Positions 15,996 through 27,017 of a stretch of DNA of 64,000 nucleotides are shown here, piece after piece (the first letter of the stretch is position 1; every line of letters begins with the position of its first letter). Below the pieces are notes generated by a model. The model saw only the letters and a list, made by a program, of their open reading frames with translations, did no database searches and had not been told where the DNA came from. Location of the stretch: NCBI GenBank assembly GCA_016432625.1, contig CP066697.1, positions 81,415-145,414 of the forward strand, read 5' to 3'. Made by a program: the position numbers and the translations under genes. This DNA is from Candidatus Berkelbacteria bacterium. Its GTDB lineage: Bacteria > Patescibacteriota > UBA1384 > 2-12-FULL-50-11.

Positions 15996-17813
15996 ATGCC
16001 GCAGCGTAACCGCGTCACGCGTCAGATCGTCTCTATTGTCACAGTATTATTTCTAGCCCTAATCGGCTGGGTAATTTTGCTTGGGCCAAATTCCAAAAAA
16101 ACCGAAGACGTCGGCATCTCCCAAATTGCCCAGGAGGTTCAAGAGGGAAAGGTCGAGCTTATCCGCGTTGAAGGTAATAAAGTGATTGCTATCACCAAGG
16201 ACCAGCGTGAGCTAGTAGCTTTCAAAGAGGCGAGCCAGGGCCTTAAAGACTACGGCATCACTGGCGACAAAGTTAAGCTCCAGATCGATAATCCTGATTC
16301 TGGTGCCCTTTGGACGACGTTGCTTTCGGTGATGCTGCCATTTGCCCTATTGATACTGATTCTGTGGCTCATGAGTCGGCAGGCACGAGCTGGCAACATG
16401 CAAGCGCTTTCCTTTGGACGCTCAACTGCCAAAATCGCCGATCCACGAAAACGAACAACCTTTAAAGATGTTGCGGGGCTAAAAGGCGCCAAACAAGAAT
16501 TAGTCGAAATCGTCGACTTTTTGAAGAGCCCGGGTAAGTTCAAAGCGCTTGGCGCGGAAATCCCCCGAGGTGTTTTGCTGTACGGTCCGGCAGGCGTTGG
16601 TAAAACCTTGCTCGCCAAGGCCGTGGCTGGTGAAGCCGAGGTTCCCTTCTTCACCTTGTCTGCTTCAGAATTCGTAGAGATGTTCGTCGGCGTCGGCGCC
16701 TCAAGAGTCCGCGATCTTTTCGCTAAGGCTAAACGCGTCGGGCCGGCAGTAATCTTCATAGATGAGCTAGATGCTGTTGGCCGTCAGCGCGGCACTGGCT
16801 TGGGTGGCTCGCATGACGAACGCGAGCAGACTTTGAACCAAATTCTTGTCGAGATGGACGGGTTCGACACTGATACTAATGTCATCATACTCGCCGCGAC
16901 TAACCGGCCAGACGTGCTCGACCCGGCCCTGCTACGCCCCGGTCGATTCGATCGTAAAGTTGCCCTTGATATTCCTGACCGACAAGAGCGCAAAGAAATT
17001 ATTGAAGTTCATGCTCGAAATAAGCCGATTGCTAAAGGCGTTGATTTTAATGAAGTCGCCAAAACCACACCAGGACTAGCCGGTGCGGATCTGCGCAACA
17101 TCGTTAACGAAGCAGCAATTTTGGCCGCCCGGGAAAATCGCAAGCAAATTGAGCAGAAAGATTTTCGTAACGCCATCGAAAAAGTCATGCTCGGCCCGGA
17201 ACGTACCAGCCATATTATGCTTGGTAAAGAACGAGAAATTGTTGCCTACCACGAGTCGGGGCACGCGATCATCGGTCATATTCTTTCCGAATTGGATGAT
17301 GTTCATAAAGTCTCAATCGTCTCGCGTGGCATGGCCTTAGGGTTCACCTTGTCGCTACCAAGTGAAGATCGCCGCTTAGTGCCAAAAACCAAATTTGAGC
17401 AACAGATCGTTCAGCTTCTAGGCGGTCGCGCGGCGGAGCAATTGATATTCAACGAAGTTACGACCGGTGCCTCAAATGATCTAGAGCAGGCAACTTCAAT
17501 CGCCCGCAATATGGTGACAATCTTTGGCATGAGCGAACTTGGGCCAATTAAACTTGGCGAACGCGAAGAGATGGTGTTCCTCGGCCGGGAAATGGGCATG
17601 CATAAAGTTCACTCGGAGAAAGTCGCCTCAGAAATTGATGAGCAAATTCACACCATTATTAACCGTGCCTGGAAGCAGGCTCTGGAAATTCTCAAGAAGG
17701 AGATGAAAACGCTCCATGAGATGTCGAAATTACTACTCGACAAAGAAACGCTTGAAGACGACGATCTGCGTACCATACTCGGGACACTGAAAACCGCTCC
17801 GGTGAGCAACTAG
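15996..17813 (+). CDS. ftsH: ATP-dependent zinc metalloprotease FtsH
   Basis: 2 [24 protein letters not shown]. Confidence 0.98.
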   Translation: MPQRNRVTRQIVSIVTVLFLALIGWVILLGPNSKKTEDVGISQIAQEVQEGKVELIRVEGNKVIAITKDQRELVAFKEASQGLKDYGITGDKVKLQIDNPDSGALWTTLLSVMLPFALLILILWLMSRQARAGNMQALSFGRSTAKIADPRKRTTFKDVAGLKGAKQELVEIVDFLKSPGKFKALGAEIPRGVLLYGPAGVGKTLLAKAVAGEAEVPFFTLSASEFVEMFVGVGASRVRDLFAKAKRVGPAVIFIDELDAVGRQRGTGLGGSHDEREQTLNQILVEMDGFDTDTNVIILAATNRPDVLDPALLRPGRFDRKVALDIPDRQERKEIIEVHARNKPIAKGVDFNEVAKTTPGLAGADLRNIVNEAAILAARENRKQIEQKDFRNAIEKVMLGPERTSHIMLGKEREIVAYHESGHAIIGHILSELDDVHKVSIVSRGMALGFTLSLPSEDRRLVPKTKFEQQIVQLLGGRAAEQLIFNEVTTGASNDLEQATSIARNMVTIFGMSELGPIKLGEREEMVFLGREMGMHKVHSEKVASEIDEQIHTIINRAWKQALEILKKEMKTLHEMSKLLLDKETLEDDDLRTILGTLKTAPVSN

Positions 17814-17845
17814 CCAGCGCCTCGTAATAAAGGCAAACTAAAGCT

Positions 17846-18394
17846 ATGGAGGGCATTACTGTTGCAGGGAGTAGGCAAGCGCCATTTTCGGAGCGACTTT
17901 ATTGGGTTACAGGCTGGGTTTATGATTTCTCAAAGGTAGCCACAATTTTCCTACTTGTGGGGCTGGTCGTACACTACTTTTTCTATACGGCGCTTATAGT
18001 TCGTGGCAAGAGCATGGTACCGACATTCGCTGACGGACAAATCCTGACCGTTAACAAGATCGCTTACGTTACCGGTGCGCCGGAGCGCGGCGATGTTGTG
18101 GCCATGTTCTTTCCTGGCGAGACGGAGAAGCGGTTTATCAAGCGGATTGTTGCGCTGCCCGGAGAAACCATTTCCATAAAACAGGGCAAAACCTACATTA
18201 ACGGCGTCCTGCTAAAAGAGCCTTATCTTAAAAAAAGTGTCATCACGGTGCCGGAAATGGAGCGAACGCTGGTTGGGGGCGAGTACTTCGTGATGGGTGA
18301 TAATCGAGGCAACTCAAGTGACTCCAGGGCATGGGGGCCAGTGCCAGAGTCGTTCGTTATAGGCAAAGTTATGGCCAAGGTGGGCTCGCTCTAG
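17846..18394 (+). CDS. lepB: Signal peptidase I
   Basis: SMVPT, IKRIVALPGE, GDNRGNSSDSR. Confidence 0.95.
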   Translation: MEGITVAGSRQAPFSERLYWVTGWVYDFSKVATIFLLVGLVVHYFFYTALIVRGKSMVPTFADGQILTVNKIAYVTGAPERGDVVAMFFPGETEKRFIKRIVALPGETISIKQGKTYINGVLLKEPYLKKSVITVPEMERTLVGGEYFVMGDNRGNSSDSRAWGPVPESFVIGKVMAKVGSL

Positions 18395-19995
18395 TTAACC
18401 AGCGGGCCGCGCATTTCGGTGAGCATTGTGGAGATAGTTTTACTAAATTGCTCAATCTCTCTGGCGAATTGGCTGGTGCTAGTTTCTTCGTAGCTGATGA
18501 ACCAGTCGGGCTTAATGATAATCATTTCCGAGATATCGAAACGGCCGGCCCAGTTTTTAGTTTTGCCTAAGGCGATGGCATATCCCAGATATTTTTCGAA
18601 CACTCGATTACGGGCTGCTTCAAGTGAGAGCGGCTGAGCTTCTGAGAGGTAGTTAGCAAAGGCTAGCCACTCCGCCCGCTCGTTTAACCCAAGTTGGGTG
18701 TAGCGCACTAGACCTGGGGTTAGCCTTAATATCAGTCGACAGAAGATCATCGTGCCGGCGACCGGTAGCAGCAAGTACGGCGACGTGCCGGTTACGGCAA
18801 TCCAGATTGCGCCTATCACGCTCAAGTAATAAAGCGACAAGGCAAAAAGTTTGTATCGGACGCGTGTACGGTGCGGGTTCTCGGCGAAATATTGTTTGCG
18901 AGTCACGATCTCGTAGATATCGTCAAACGCCCGACGAACTTTCGGATTAAAAAGCGACTGACGGTTGAGCGCACGCATTTCGCTTTCGGTCAGTTTTGTA
19001 TTAGCGACGGGGAAGAGCGCTTCTAGGATGCCTTGCTCCCAAGGCTCTAGCCGATCATCAAATTGTCGGCGTTGGCTCAAGTAATACTGCCCGCTTTTTT
19101 TAACGATAACGATATAGCCGCGTTGGCAGAGGTCGATTAACATGGCCACGATTTCTTTCGGGTAGACTTTCTTATCTACGAGCGTGCCAACCACGAGCGG
19201 CGATAGCGCACTTGGCACTGTGGTGCGCAGGCGTTTGTTCGGTTTCTCGATAGCTTTTTGCCTAGCCAAGAGTCGTAGCAGCACCGCCAATCCAAGCAAC
19301 GGCAAGAGTATCCCAAGTACAAGAAAGGGTACGATCTCCAGATTTTCTAAGGCCAAACGTAGTTCTTCAATCAAACTGAGGTGAAGAACGCTTTTAGGCC
19401 AGTGCGCGTTAATGGTTAGTATCGCGTTCGGGCCCATGAATGAGGCTTGATAAGTCAGGGTCTGACTATCGGGCCGCTCAACGCGGGTTTGTCCGACGCC
19501 ACCGATAGCGTAAATATTTCCCGTTAGTCCGTCCCCGGAGGCCTCGGCCGGCAATTTGAAAGTAGTGCGCAGTTGTTTAACCGAGAAACCTGACTCTCTT
19601 AAGACTTGGAAATATAGCTGATCTCGCTCTTTAGACCGGATCAGTTTTGATGAGGCCCGGTAGGTTAAACTCCAAAGCTGGTGAGGCGTCTCGGCGATCA
19701 GGTTAACTTGATCGCCAGTTCGCTGCTGTTTGATCTCGCTGGGCTGTATCGGCACACCGTCACCACTCAACGAGAGCTTGGTTAACTCGCCGTAGATAGG
19801 CCAATTCAAACTGGTCGGAGAGGCGAATATCAGCTCCTGCACAACCTCCAAAGACCCGTCCTGCCGAAGTTCTAGGTTCAGTGTCGCGAGATCAACGCTC
19901 TGCTCGACCTTAGCGGCGACACCGGAGGGCAAGAAAAGTAAAACGGCTGCTTGTAGGGTCAGTATAATGACCTTAAGATAAAGTCGAGACGACAT
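18391..19995 (-). CDS. DUF2207 family membrane protein
   Basis: DGSLEV.QE N-terminus, LIDLCQRGYI, FE.YL.YAIALG..W motifs. Confidence 0.8.
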   Translation of the reverse strand: MSSRLYLKVIILTLQAAVLLFLPSGVAAKVEQSVDLATLNLELRQDGSLEVVQELIFASPTSLNWPIYGELTKLSLSGDGVPIQPSEIKQQRTGDQVNLIAETPHQLWSLTYRASSKLIRSKERDQLYFQVLRESGFSVKQLRTTFKLPAEASGDGLTGNIYAIGGVGQTRVERPDSQTLTYQASFMGPNAILTINAHWPKSVLHLSLIEELRLALENLEIVPFLVLGILLPLLGLAVLLRLLARQKAIEKPNKRLRTTVPSALSPLVVGTLVDKKVYPKEIVAMLIDLCQRGYIVIVKKSGQYYLSQRRQFDDRLEPWEQGILEALFPVANTKLTESEMRALNRQSLFNPKVRRAFDDIYEIVTRKQYFAENPHRTRVRYKLFALSLYYLSVIGAIWIAVTGTSPYLLLPVAGTMIFCRLILRLTPGLVRYTQLGLNERAEWLAFANYLSEAQPLSLEAARNRVFEKYLGYAIALGKTKNWAGRFDISEMIIIKPDWFISYEETSTSQFAREIEQFSKTISTMLTEMRGPLVN

Positions 19996-20031
19996 GCTTT
20001 TATCATATCCTAGAACTAAGGGCTGTGGCTG

Positions 20032-20280
20032 ATGCGACGCTTAGGCAGAGTCTTTTTGACAACCTCAGCCGTTCTAGTGCTACTGGTGAACCTAATAATG
20101 ATCCTGCTATACGGCAAACAGTTCTACGCTTGTTCGGAGAGCTTTGTCGTCGAGAACTTCTGCGGTGGCCCCGGGGTAGCGTCGCCGTACCTGCCAATTC
20201 TACTTCTTAACCTGGTTGTCATCGGGACGATAATTCTGTGTTGGCTGGCAGTCCATTACTACGTCAAAACACACCGTTAG
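20032..20280 (+). CDS. Small two-TM protein
   Basis: 82-aa ORF with two hydrophobic helices around a Cys pair. Confidence 0.55.
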   Translation: MRRLGRVFLTTSAVLVLLVNLIMILLYGKQFYACSESFVVENFCGGPGVASPYLPILLLNLVVIGTIILCWLAVHYYVKTHR

Positions 20281-20322
20281 TAATCGTAGTACTGATATAA
20301 CGGGTGTGGTAGGCTGAAACTA

Positions 20323-20883
20323 ATGCGCCGAATTGTCTGGATAGTTATTATCGCTCTCTTGGTCGTCACCCCAATTTTTATCTGGTGGCAGGGACAGAGG
20401 CAGCGCAACAATCTCGAAACAGCCTACGGAATTATGCTAGCTAATCGGCCAACTAAATTTTGCCCACCATCAGCCGAGGTTGTCATAACACGAGGCGATG
20501 AGGAGAAGATTATTTTTGACGCTGAAGTAATAGTTAAAAATTGCGAGTTAATTCCGCTCGATAGATCACAGCTTAACGAGGCTACGAGCTACTATATTTA
20601 CGCTCGCCTAAATGAAGTGCGCGCCTTTAGAATAGTTGCGACGGGTCCGATTACATCGGGCATGGAGTACCCAATTATGCTGGGCGATTTGAATAACGAT
20701 AACGCCATCGACCCACAAGACAAGCTTGTAGTTGAAGAAGCCATGAAAGTAGGCGGCTACTCGAAGTCAGCCGACGTTGATAAGGACGGTAATGTCGGGA
20801 TTATCGACTATTCACTCGTGACATTGAATCAAGGCGCTGGCGCCAGTCGCCCTGATGGCGTTGCCTGGAAGGCGCGGCAATGA
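20323..20883 (+). CDS. Dockerin type I domain protein
   Basis: GDLNNDNAID and ADVDKDGNVGIIDY duplicated Ca-binding loops; N-terminal TM. Confidence 0.8.
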   Translation: MRRIVWIVIIALLVVTPIFIWWQGQRQRNNLETAYGIMLANRPTKFCPPSAEVVITRGDEEKIIFDAEVIVKNCELIPLDRSQLNEATSYYIYARLNEVRAFRIVATGPITSGMEYPIMLGDLNNDNAIDPQDKLVVEEAMKVGGYSKSADVDKDGNVGIIDYSLVTLNQGAGASRPDGVAWKARQ

Positions 20884-22208
20884 AGCTGATATCGACGCGA
20901 GCAACATTTATTATTGTCAGTCTAGTGACAATTGCGTTATTGGCCGGATCTGTAATATTGCAGCAAATCGTATTTCGCGCCGAGCAAGAGTTCTCAGCGT
21001 TGACGCTTAGTCCCACCACCTTTCGTGTCGCCCAAGGTCAGCCAGTGGATTTAAGCCTCAACTCTATCTCCGTTAACCAAGTAATTGTTTCGGGACTTCA
21101 AGTTAAGTTAGGCTACGAGGCCGCTAAACTTACATTCAAAGAAGCGGTGCCACCGATCGGTTGGCAGACGCTGCGGCTTGCGTCGACGACTGATACTGTC
21201 GATTGGATTCTCGCACCGATTACGAGCTCGACGTCGCTCGTTACATTGCAGGGCGAGGTGAAGTTAGGGACGGTGCGTTTTCTAGCGACTGGTGCGGGTG
21301 TGACAAATGTTACAGTCGCACAGGAATCAACAGTGCTCTCGGCGGTTGACCAAGTCAGGGGCAGCTTCGTCTATAACGCGGCTGAAAGCGTTCAGGACAG
21401 TGCTGGTACAATCACGGCAGGTAACGTGGGGGAAATAACTTTCCCAGAAGCCAAGTTGCCGGTAATAGTGCCTGAAGAAACCGATGATTCTGCTAAGTTC
21501 GGCACTCAGCGCATCGTCTCTAGCTACGTCGAGACAAGCGCTCGAGCGGGACTGGTCTTTGTCACCCTCGCTTCCAGCGGCAAAGTCACGGTGGAATTTG
21601 GCCCCACCCCAGCACTTGGTAATAAAGCGGAAACGACGCGGGAGAGTGCCACGCACGTTATTAATCTGTCTAGCCTCGACCCTAATCAACAATATTACTA
21701 TCGAGTACTTGGCGAGGAAACGCAGCAACGTTCCAGGGTTGTTGGTGCGCTGAAAACATTTAAAACAACTGCAGAGGGAACAGGAACGCTCTCGGCTGGC
21801 CGCTCTAAGGTAGTGGCCTTTCCCGCCAAATCCAAACAGACCTCTACACTCTTTATCTTTCCACGCGACGACGAGGGCAAAACTGTCGAGTCAGCTGGTC
21901 TTACCGTTGAACACGAGGGCGACGCTACTCTAGGCCAAGTAAGTACTCTCGGAGGTTACTATGTTGTTGAAGTGACAACGGCTACGGACAAGAAGCAGGC
22001 CGTGAAGCTGACCCCTAAGGTAGGCGAAACTGCCCTTGAGGCGCGCACGGTTGTTTTGGACCCTGAGTATAAAGAGCCGACAGTGACCTTGAACAAGTCG
22101 GAGCTTGTCCTGGCATGGAACGACAAAACGATGGCTTTCCTATTCGGAGGCGCTATCTTACTTTTCCTACTGCTCTATTTCTTTGTCAGGTTAGCGCGGA
22201 GCCGTTGA
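20880..22208 (+). CDS. Surface protein with cohesin-like, FN3 and Ig-like domains
   Basis: V.GLQVKL.Y...L..LGTVRF cohesin-like beta pattern; H.INLSSLDPNQQYYYRV FN3; TM at both ends. Confidence 0.65.
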   Translation: MKLISTRATFIIVSLVTIALLAGSVILQQIVFRAEQEFSALTLSPTTFRVAQGQPVDLSLNSISVNQVIVSGLQVKLGYEAAKLTFKEAVPPIGWQTLRLASTTDTVDWILAPITSSTSLVTLQGEVKLGTVRFLATGAGVTNVTVAQESTVLSAVDQVRGSFVYNAAESVQDSAGTITAGNVGEITFPEAKLPVIVPEETDDSAKFGTQRIVSSYVETSARAGLVFVTLASSGKVTVEFGPTPALGNKAETTRESATHVINLSSLDPNQQYYYRVLGEETQQRSRVVGALKTFKTTAEGTGTLSAGRSKVVAFPAKSKQTSTLFIFPRDDEGKTVESAGLTVEHEGDATLGQVSTLGGYYVVEVTTATDKKQAVKLTPKVGETALEARTVVLDPEYKEPTVTLNKSELVLAWNDKTMAFLFGGAILLFLLLYFFVRLARSR

Positions 22209-22251
22209 TGCTACCGACAGCGAGTAGCACTAACGCAGGCCTTCTGGATAG

Positions 22252-23859
22252 ATGATTAAACGTCTCGGAGGCCTCTTTTATCAGAGCAGCAACCTTAAAC
22301 AAGCGGTCGGGATTCTATTCGTAACGGTGCTAATTAGTAACGTCCTTGGCCTGCTACGAAACGTTATTATTGCCAATCGTGTTGGTGTTGCCTTTGGGAC
22401 CTTCGGGCCGCTCGACAACTATTACGCTGCCTTCGTACTGCCGGACCTTCTCTATAACATTATTATTGTTGGCGCCCTTTCCTCGGCAATCCTGCCGTTG
22501 CTAGTAACGATTGATTCGGAAGGTGACAACGCTAGATTCTGGAAAACATTCAACGTTCTGCTCTCGACCGGATTCACGGCGATCGTTGTAGGGCTCGTCT
22601 TTTTATATTTATTGCTGCCAGTGCTTATTCCAATAATCTATCCTGGCTTCACACTGAGTGAACAGGAATTTACCTTATCGTTGTCGAGGGTACTACTGTT
22701 GAGTCCGCTATTCTTCACTATCTCCCAGCTATCTACCTCAGCCCTGCAGGCGAAGAAATTCTTCTTCGCGCCGGCTGTAGCGCCGTTGATCTACAACTTA
22801 TCGATAATCGCTTCGGCATTATTAATACCGGACTTTGGCCTGTCAGTTTTGGTCTTTGGAGTAATCTTGGGCGCTGCCGGGCACTTCTTAGTGCAGCTAC
22901 CCACGCTAATTCGTCTGGGCTGGCGTTTCAATTTTGAAACCAGTTTCGGCAACGAAACCGTACGGAAAGTTTTCAGATTGATGATCCCGAGAACGATCGC
23001 CCTCACCGGTACCCAGCTTCTCCTCCTGGCTTTCTATCGAATCGGCTCACATCTGACCGACGGCTCAATTGCTATCTACAAGCTGACAGACGACTTACAA
23101 ACGGCACCAGTCTTATTACTAGCCAATACTCTAGCAATGGCAATCCTGCCCGATTTTGCCCGGCATATCGCCAAAGACAACAACGCTCAGTTTGAAGAAT
23201 TGATCGGTAAGGCGATCAGGCTGCTGATCTTTATTTTCCTACCGGTGACAATGTTCCTGCTCATTTTCCGTTGGCAAATCATCAGCCTTTACTTGGAAGT
23301 TGGGCACAGCGTTGACGCGGTAGAGACTGCCCTTGCCGTCGCAACGTTTACAAACTTTGTTGTCTCACTATTCTTTCAGGGCGCCGTCCTCTTACTCGCC
23401 CGAGCGTACTTCGCCCGCTCAGATACCCGGCGCCCAACGATATATAGCATTGTCTCTATCCTCGTCGCGCTGGTCGCAGCGTGGACGTTTGCTGTTAGGG
23501 GCGACTACGGTGTCAGTGGCCTATCGCTCGCCTTCTCCATCGGTTCGGCACTTAATGCTGCGTTGCTTTGGTTTAACTTACGTCTTCCAGCACGGGTACT
23601 GTTGCTCGACTACCAGCGACGCTACAATTTCATCCCTGTAGTGGTTGGGACGCTCTGTACAGCGCTAGTTTTTATCATTCTAAGACAACTTGGTCCGTCA
23701 ATCGCTGCGGGCTTTGCCGCCAGACCGTCAATGGCTAACCTAATTACACTCGCGATTGGTTTTGCCGGCGGTTTAGTGTTTTACTGGGCTTGGAGTCGAG
23801 CATTTCGTCTAGAGCAGTGGCAACTCATCGCTCGGCGATCCAATAACGATGAAACATAA
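22252..23859 (+). CDS. murJ: Lipid II flippase MurJ
   Basis: SNVLGLLR, YYAAF.LPD, GALSSA.LP, RAYFA..DTRRP; ~14 TM. Confidence 0.92.
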   Translation: MIKRLGGLFYQSSNLKQAVGILFVTVLISNVLGLLRNVIIANRVGVAFGTFGPLDNYYAAFVLPDLLYNIIIVGALSSAILPLLVTIDSEGDNARFWKTFNVLLSTGFTAIVVGLVFLYLLLPVLIPIIYPGFTLSEQEFTLSLSRVLLLSPLFFTISQLSTSALQAKKFFFAPAVAPLIYNLSIIASALLIPDFGLSVLVFGVILGAAGHFLVQLPTLIRLGWRFNFETSFGNETVRKVFRLMIPRTIALTGTQLLLLAFYRIGSHLTDGSIAIYKLTDDLQTAPVLLLANTLAMAILPDFARHIAKDNNAQFEELIGKAIRLLIFIFLPVTMFLLIFRWQIISLYLEVGHSVDAVETALAVATFTNFVVSLFFQGAVLLLARAYFARSDTRRPTIYSIVSILVALVAAWTFAVRGDYGVSGLSLAFSIGSALNAALLWFNLRLPARVLLLDYQRRYNFIPVVVGTLCTALVFIILRQLGPSIAAGFAARPSMANLITLAIGFAGGLVFYWAWSRAFRLEQWQLIARRSNNDET

Positions 23860-23998
23860 ATCAGATCAAGATTTTTATGGAGACGTGGACCGCTCAAGGT
23901 ATCGAGCTAATTGGGGCTGCCTAATTTGGTTCTTTGTCATAGGGGTCGCCCTAATCGGCGCGGCGTGGTGGTTATTCAAGTATTCGGGGTATCTGTAG
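23849..23998 (+). CDS. 49-aa single-TM protein (below ORF-track cutoff)
   Basis: MKHKSDQDFYGDVDRSRYRANWGCLIWFFVIGVALIGAAWWLFKYSGYL*; overlaps the murJ stop. Confidence 0.6.
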   Translation: MKHKSDQDFYGDVDRSRYRANWGCLIWFFVIGVALIGAAWWLFKYSGYL

Positions 23999-24035
23999 AG
24001 ACTTTGAACCTGTTTTCCGCTACAATTTGCCTGTT

Positions 24036-24156
24036 ATGAATATCCGTAATTTCGCAATAGTTTCAAGTAAAGCGAGAAAATGAGCAAAGTAAAATGAATA
24101 TCCGTAACTTTGCGACTACTTCGAGTGAAACGAGAAGGAGTGCGAAGTTGCAATAA
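24036..24156 (+). repeat. Two tandem decoy copies of the lepA 5' end (mini-ORFs)
   Basis: MNIRNFAIVSSKARK* (24036-24083) and MNIRNFATTSSETRRSAKLQ* (24094-24156) precede MAIRNFAII. Confidence 0.85.
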
Positions 24157-25862
24157 TGGCGATTCGCAATTTCGCAATCATCGCTCATATCGATCACGGC
24201 AAATCGACACTTGCCGATCGTCTGCTGGAAAAAACCGGAACGGTCAAAGTTGGTAGCGGAGATCAGCTGCTCGATACGATGGAATTAGAGCGGGAAAAAG
24301 GCATTACGATTAAGCTGAACCCGGCTCGGATGTTTTACGAGCATGACGGCGAGAAGTACCAGTTAAACCTAATCGATACCCCGGGGCACGTAGATTTCGG
24401 CTATGAAGTTTCCCGTTCTCTGGCTGCGGTCGAAGGCGTCCTCTTGTTGGTCGATGCCAGCCAAGGCATCCAGGCCCAGACCCTAACCAACCTTCATCTA
24501 GCCGAAGATAGTCACTTAGTTATTATTCCAGTGGTTAATAAAATAGATCTGCCGCACGCTCAAAGCGAAGAAACTGCCGAGCAACTTGTGAAGGCGTTGA
24601 AGTGCGCGGAAGACGATATCTGTTTCGTTTCAGGCAAAACAGGTGAGGGCGTGGAAGAGTTACTGGAGGCGATCGCCAAAAGAATTCCGCCACCTAGACC
24701 AAATCCAGACGAACCGCTTCAAGCTCTAGTTTTTGATTCCTTTTTCGACGTTTTTCTTGGTGTGGTAGCGTACGTGAAAGTTGTCAGCGGCAATTTAAAG
24801 AAGAATCAGCCGCTATTAATGAAGGCGACTGGCGCCGCCTTTGATTGCTTACAGTCTGGCTACTTACAAATAAAAAGAATCGACAACGGTCATTTAGATA
24901 GCGGCGAGATCGGTTATGTCGCTACGGGCTTAAAGACGGTTCATGACTGCCGGGTTGGAGACACGATTGTTGCCTCTGGTACGACGAGCGCCCTGCCGGG
25001 CTACAAGACGTCAAAACCAATGATTTATGCTTCGTTTTTCCCAGAGCCTGGCAAAGAGCGGGAACTAACGGTGGCGCTAGATAAACTTAAGCTTTCCGAT
25101 GCGTCGCTTTCCTACGAGCCAGTTAGCTCAAAAGCCTTGGGTCCGGGCTACAGCATCGGGTTCTTGGGGTTGCTTCACTTGGAAATAATAAAAGAAAGAC
25201 TAAACAGAGAGTTTGACATCGATATCCTCGTTACGACACCCTCAGTAGCCTACAAACAGGAAGAAGGGCAATGGATGGAGCCGTGGGTGGAGCTTGAAGT
25301 TGTTTGTCCCCGGGAGCATTACGGTGCCGTAAGCGACCTTGTCGCCCAAAGCCGAGCCGTATTCGTCGACGTTGAATACGTTGCCGACAGAGTCGTCTGT
25401 CGTTACGAGACGCCGCTCTCAGAGGTGATCAGCGATTTCTACGACAAACTTAAATCGGTCACTTCTGGCTACGCCTCGATGGATTACCAGCTAAAAGACT
25501 ATCGCGCGGCGGATCTCGTCGCTGTTGATTTACTTGTTGCGGGTGACAAGATCGATGCCTTAACTCAGTACATGGTTCGTTCCAAGGCCGAATCCTATGG
25601 TCGAAATCTTGTCCAAAAACTGAAAGAGCTAATTCCCCGCCAGAATTTTGAGGTCACTTTGCAGGCAGCAATTGGCGGCAAAATAATTGCCCGCAGCGAT
25701 ATATCGGCCGTTCGCAAAGACGTGACTGCCAAACTCTACGGCGGCGACGTGACACGTAAAAACAAGCTATTAGACAAGCAAAAGAAAGGTAAGAAACGAC
25801 TGCGGACTCTGGGACGGGTCGAAGTGCCGAGCGAAGTTTTCGTTGAATTGTTGCGTAAGTAA
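24156..25862 (+). CDS. lepA: Elongation factor 4
   Basis: IRNFAIIAHIDHGKSTLADR, DTPGH, NKID, KLYGGDVTRK. Confidence 0.98.
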   Translation: MAIRNFAIIAHIDHGKSTLADRLLEKTGTVKVGSGDQLLDTMELEREKGITIKLNPARMFYEHDGEKYQLNLIDTPGHVDFGYEVSRSLAAVEGVLLLVDASQGIQAQTLTNLHLAEDSHLVIIPVVNKIDLPHAQSEETAEQLVKALKCAEDDICFVSGKTGEGVEELLEAIAKRIPPPRPNPDEPLQALVFDSFFDVFLGVVAYVKVVSGNLKKNQPLLMKATGAAFDCLQSGYLQIKRIDNGHLDSGEIGYVATGLKTVHDCRVGDTIVASGTTSALPGYKTSKPMIYASFFPEPGKERELTVALDKLKLSDASLSYEPVSSKALGPGYSIGFLGLLHLEIIKERLNREFDIDILVTTPSVAYKQEEGQWMEPWVELEVVCPREHYGAVSDLVAQSRAVFVDVEYVADRVVCRYETPLSEVISDFYDKLKSVTSGYASMDYQLKDYRAADLVAVDLLVAGDKIDALTQYMVRSKAESYGRNLVQKLKELIPRQNFEVTLQAAIGGKIIARSDISAVRKDVTAKLYGGDVTRKNKLLDKQKKGKKRLRTLGRVEVPSEVFVELLRK

Positions 25863-25867
25863 ACAGT

Positions 25868-25893
25868 GGCCCGTCCCTTGCGGGGACGGGCCA
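25868..25893. terminator. Hairpin between convergent lepA and glpX
   Basis: tggcccgtccc-ttgcg-gggacgggcca. Confidence 0.75.
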
Positions 25894-25902
25894 AGTCGGA
25901 CT

Positions 25903-26931
25903 CTAAAGGCGAAATGCCTTCTTCGGGTGATCGATTGTTACGATCCTGGAGGGTGGGATCAGGTAGCGAATGCCGTCTTCGCAACCCATCGCCGACCAGT
26001 GAATGACGTGTCCGTGGCTAAAGCGTTTGACCGCTTCTCCGCGTAATACGCCGTGTGTGACGTGGGCGATGGCGACTACAATCCGTTGGCTAGGCGCGAG
26101 TTCGTTCGTCGTGTAGTAACGGTTAAACTCGATACCCATTTCAAGCATTCGGTCGCAGTAGTTGTCGGAGAGCTTGCCTCGATCCTTGGGGAATTCGGCC
26201 AACTCGTCAGGATGAAGGTAGCGTCCCCAATGAGAGCCGCCCATACACTTGGCGACGCAGGCGCCGATATGCCCTTCGGGAGATCCGCCGCTGCCCATGA
26301 CCGCATCAGTGTCGTGACCGGCCACCATTGCGTTGATGACCTCGGACAGGTCACCGTCGGTGATCAGCGTCACTCGTGCCCTGGTCTTCCGAATCTGGTC
26401 GATGGTGGATTGGTTGCGCATGCGATCGAGGACGGCGACAGTAATGCCGCGAGTTTCTCGGTCGAGACGTTGGGCCATCGCTTCGATGTTCTCGGCGATT
26501 GTTGCAGTCGGATTGACGACATCAACAAGATCAGGCCCAACGGCAAGCTTGTCCATGTAGCCATCGGCTGCCCCGATGATGCCATCCGCATCGCCACAAG
26601 CCAAAATACAGATTGCCCCTCGTTGGCCTTTGGCACATGGCCCAGTACCCTCAAGTGGGTCGATGGCGATGCTGACCTTGGGGCCAGAACCGGTACCGAC
26701 CTTTTGGCCAATGTAGAGCATTGGCGCGTTGTCGCGCTCACCCTCTCCGATGACGATTTGGCCGTCCATCTCAATCCCATCCATCACCGCGTTGATTGCC
26801 TCAACGGCGAGGTGGTCTGAGTTCTCTTTGTCGCCGTCACCGATACTGTCGGCGGTGGCCAGTGCTCCAGCGTTGACGGCACCGATGAGTTGTGGCCAAA
26901 GGCTGATGATTGGATCTTTACTATTAAACAA
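25903..26931 (-). CDS. glpX: Class II fructose-1,6-bisphosphatase
   Basis: [45 protein letters not shown]; TTG start with AGGAGG upstream. Confidence 0.93.
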   Translation of the reverse strand: MFNSKDPIISLWPQLIGAVNAGALATADSIGDGDKENSDHLAVEAINAVMDGIEMDGQIVIGEGERDNAPMLYIGQKVGTGSGPKVSIAIDPLEGTGPCAKGQRGAICILACGDADGIIGAADGYMDKLAVGPDLVDVVNPTATIAENIEAMAQRLDRETRGITVAVLDRMRNQSTIDQIRKTRARVTLITDGDLSEVINAMVAGHDTDAVMGSGGSPEGHIGACVAKCMGGSHWGRYLHPDELAEFPKDRGKLSDNYCDRMLEMGIEFNRYYTTNELAPSQRIVVAIAHVTHGVLRGEAVKRFSHGHVIHWSAMGCEDGIRYLIPPSRIVTIDHPKKAFRL

Positions 26932-27017
26932 CGAAACTTCCTCCTGCGCCGTCGAGACGGTGCTGGAAAATTATACCCTGTTTAGGGGTGGTTAATCTAG
27001 GGTTCTGTCCGGAAAAC

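Noticed and set aside
26053-26820. 255-aa plus-strand ORF, and the many ORFs overlapping purH, secA and mrdA
   Set aside because: They are antisense or alternate-frame shadows of well-supported genes.
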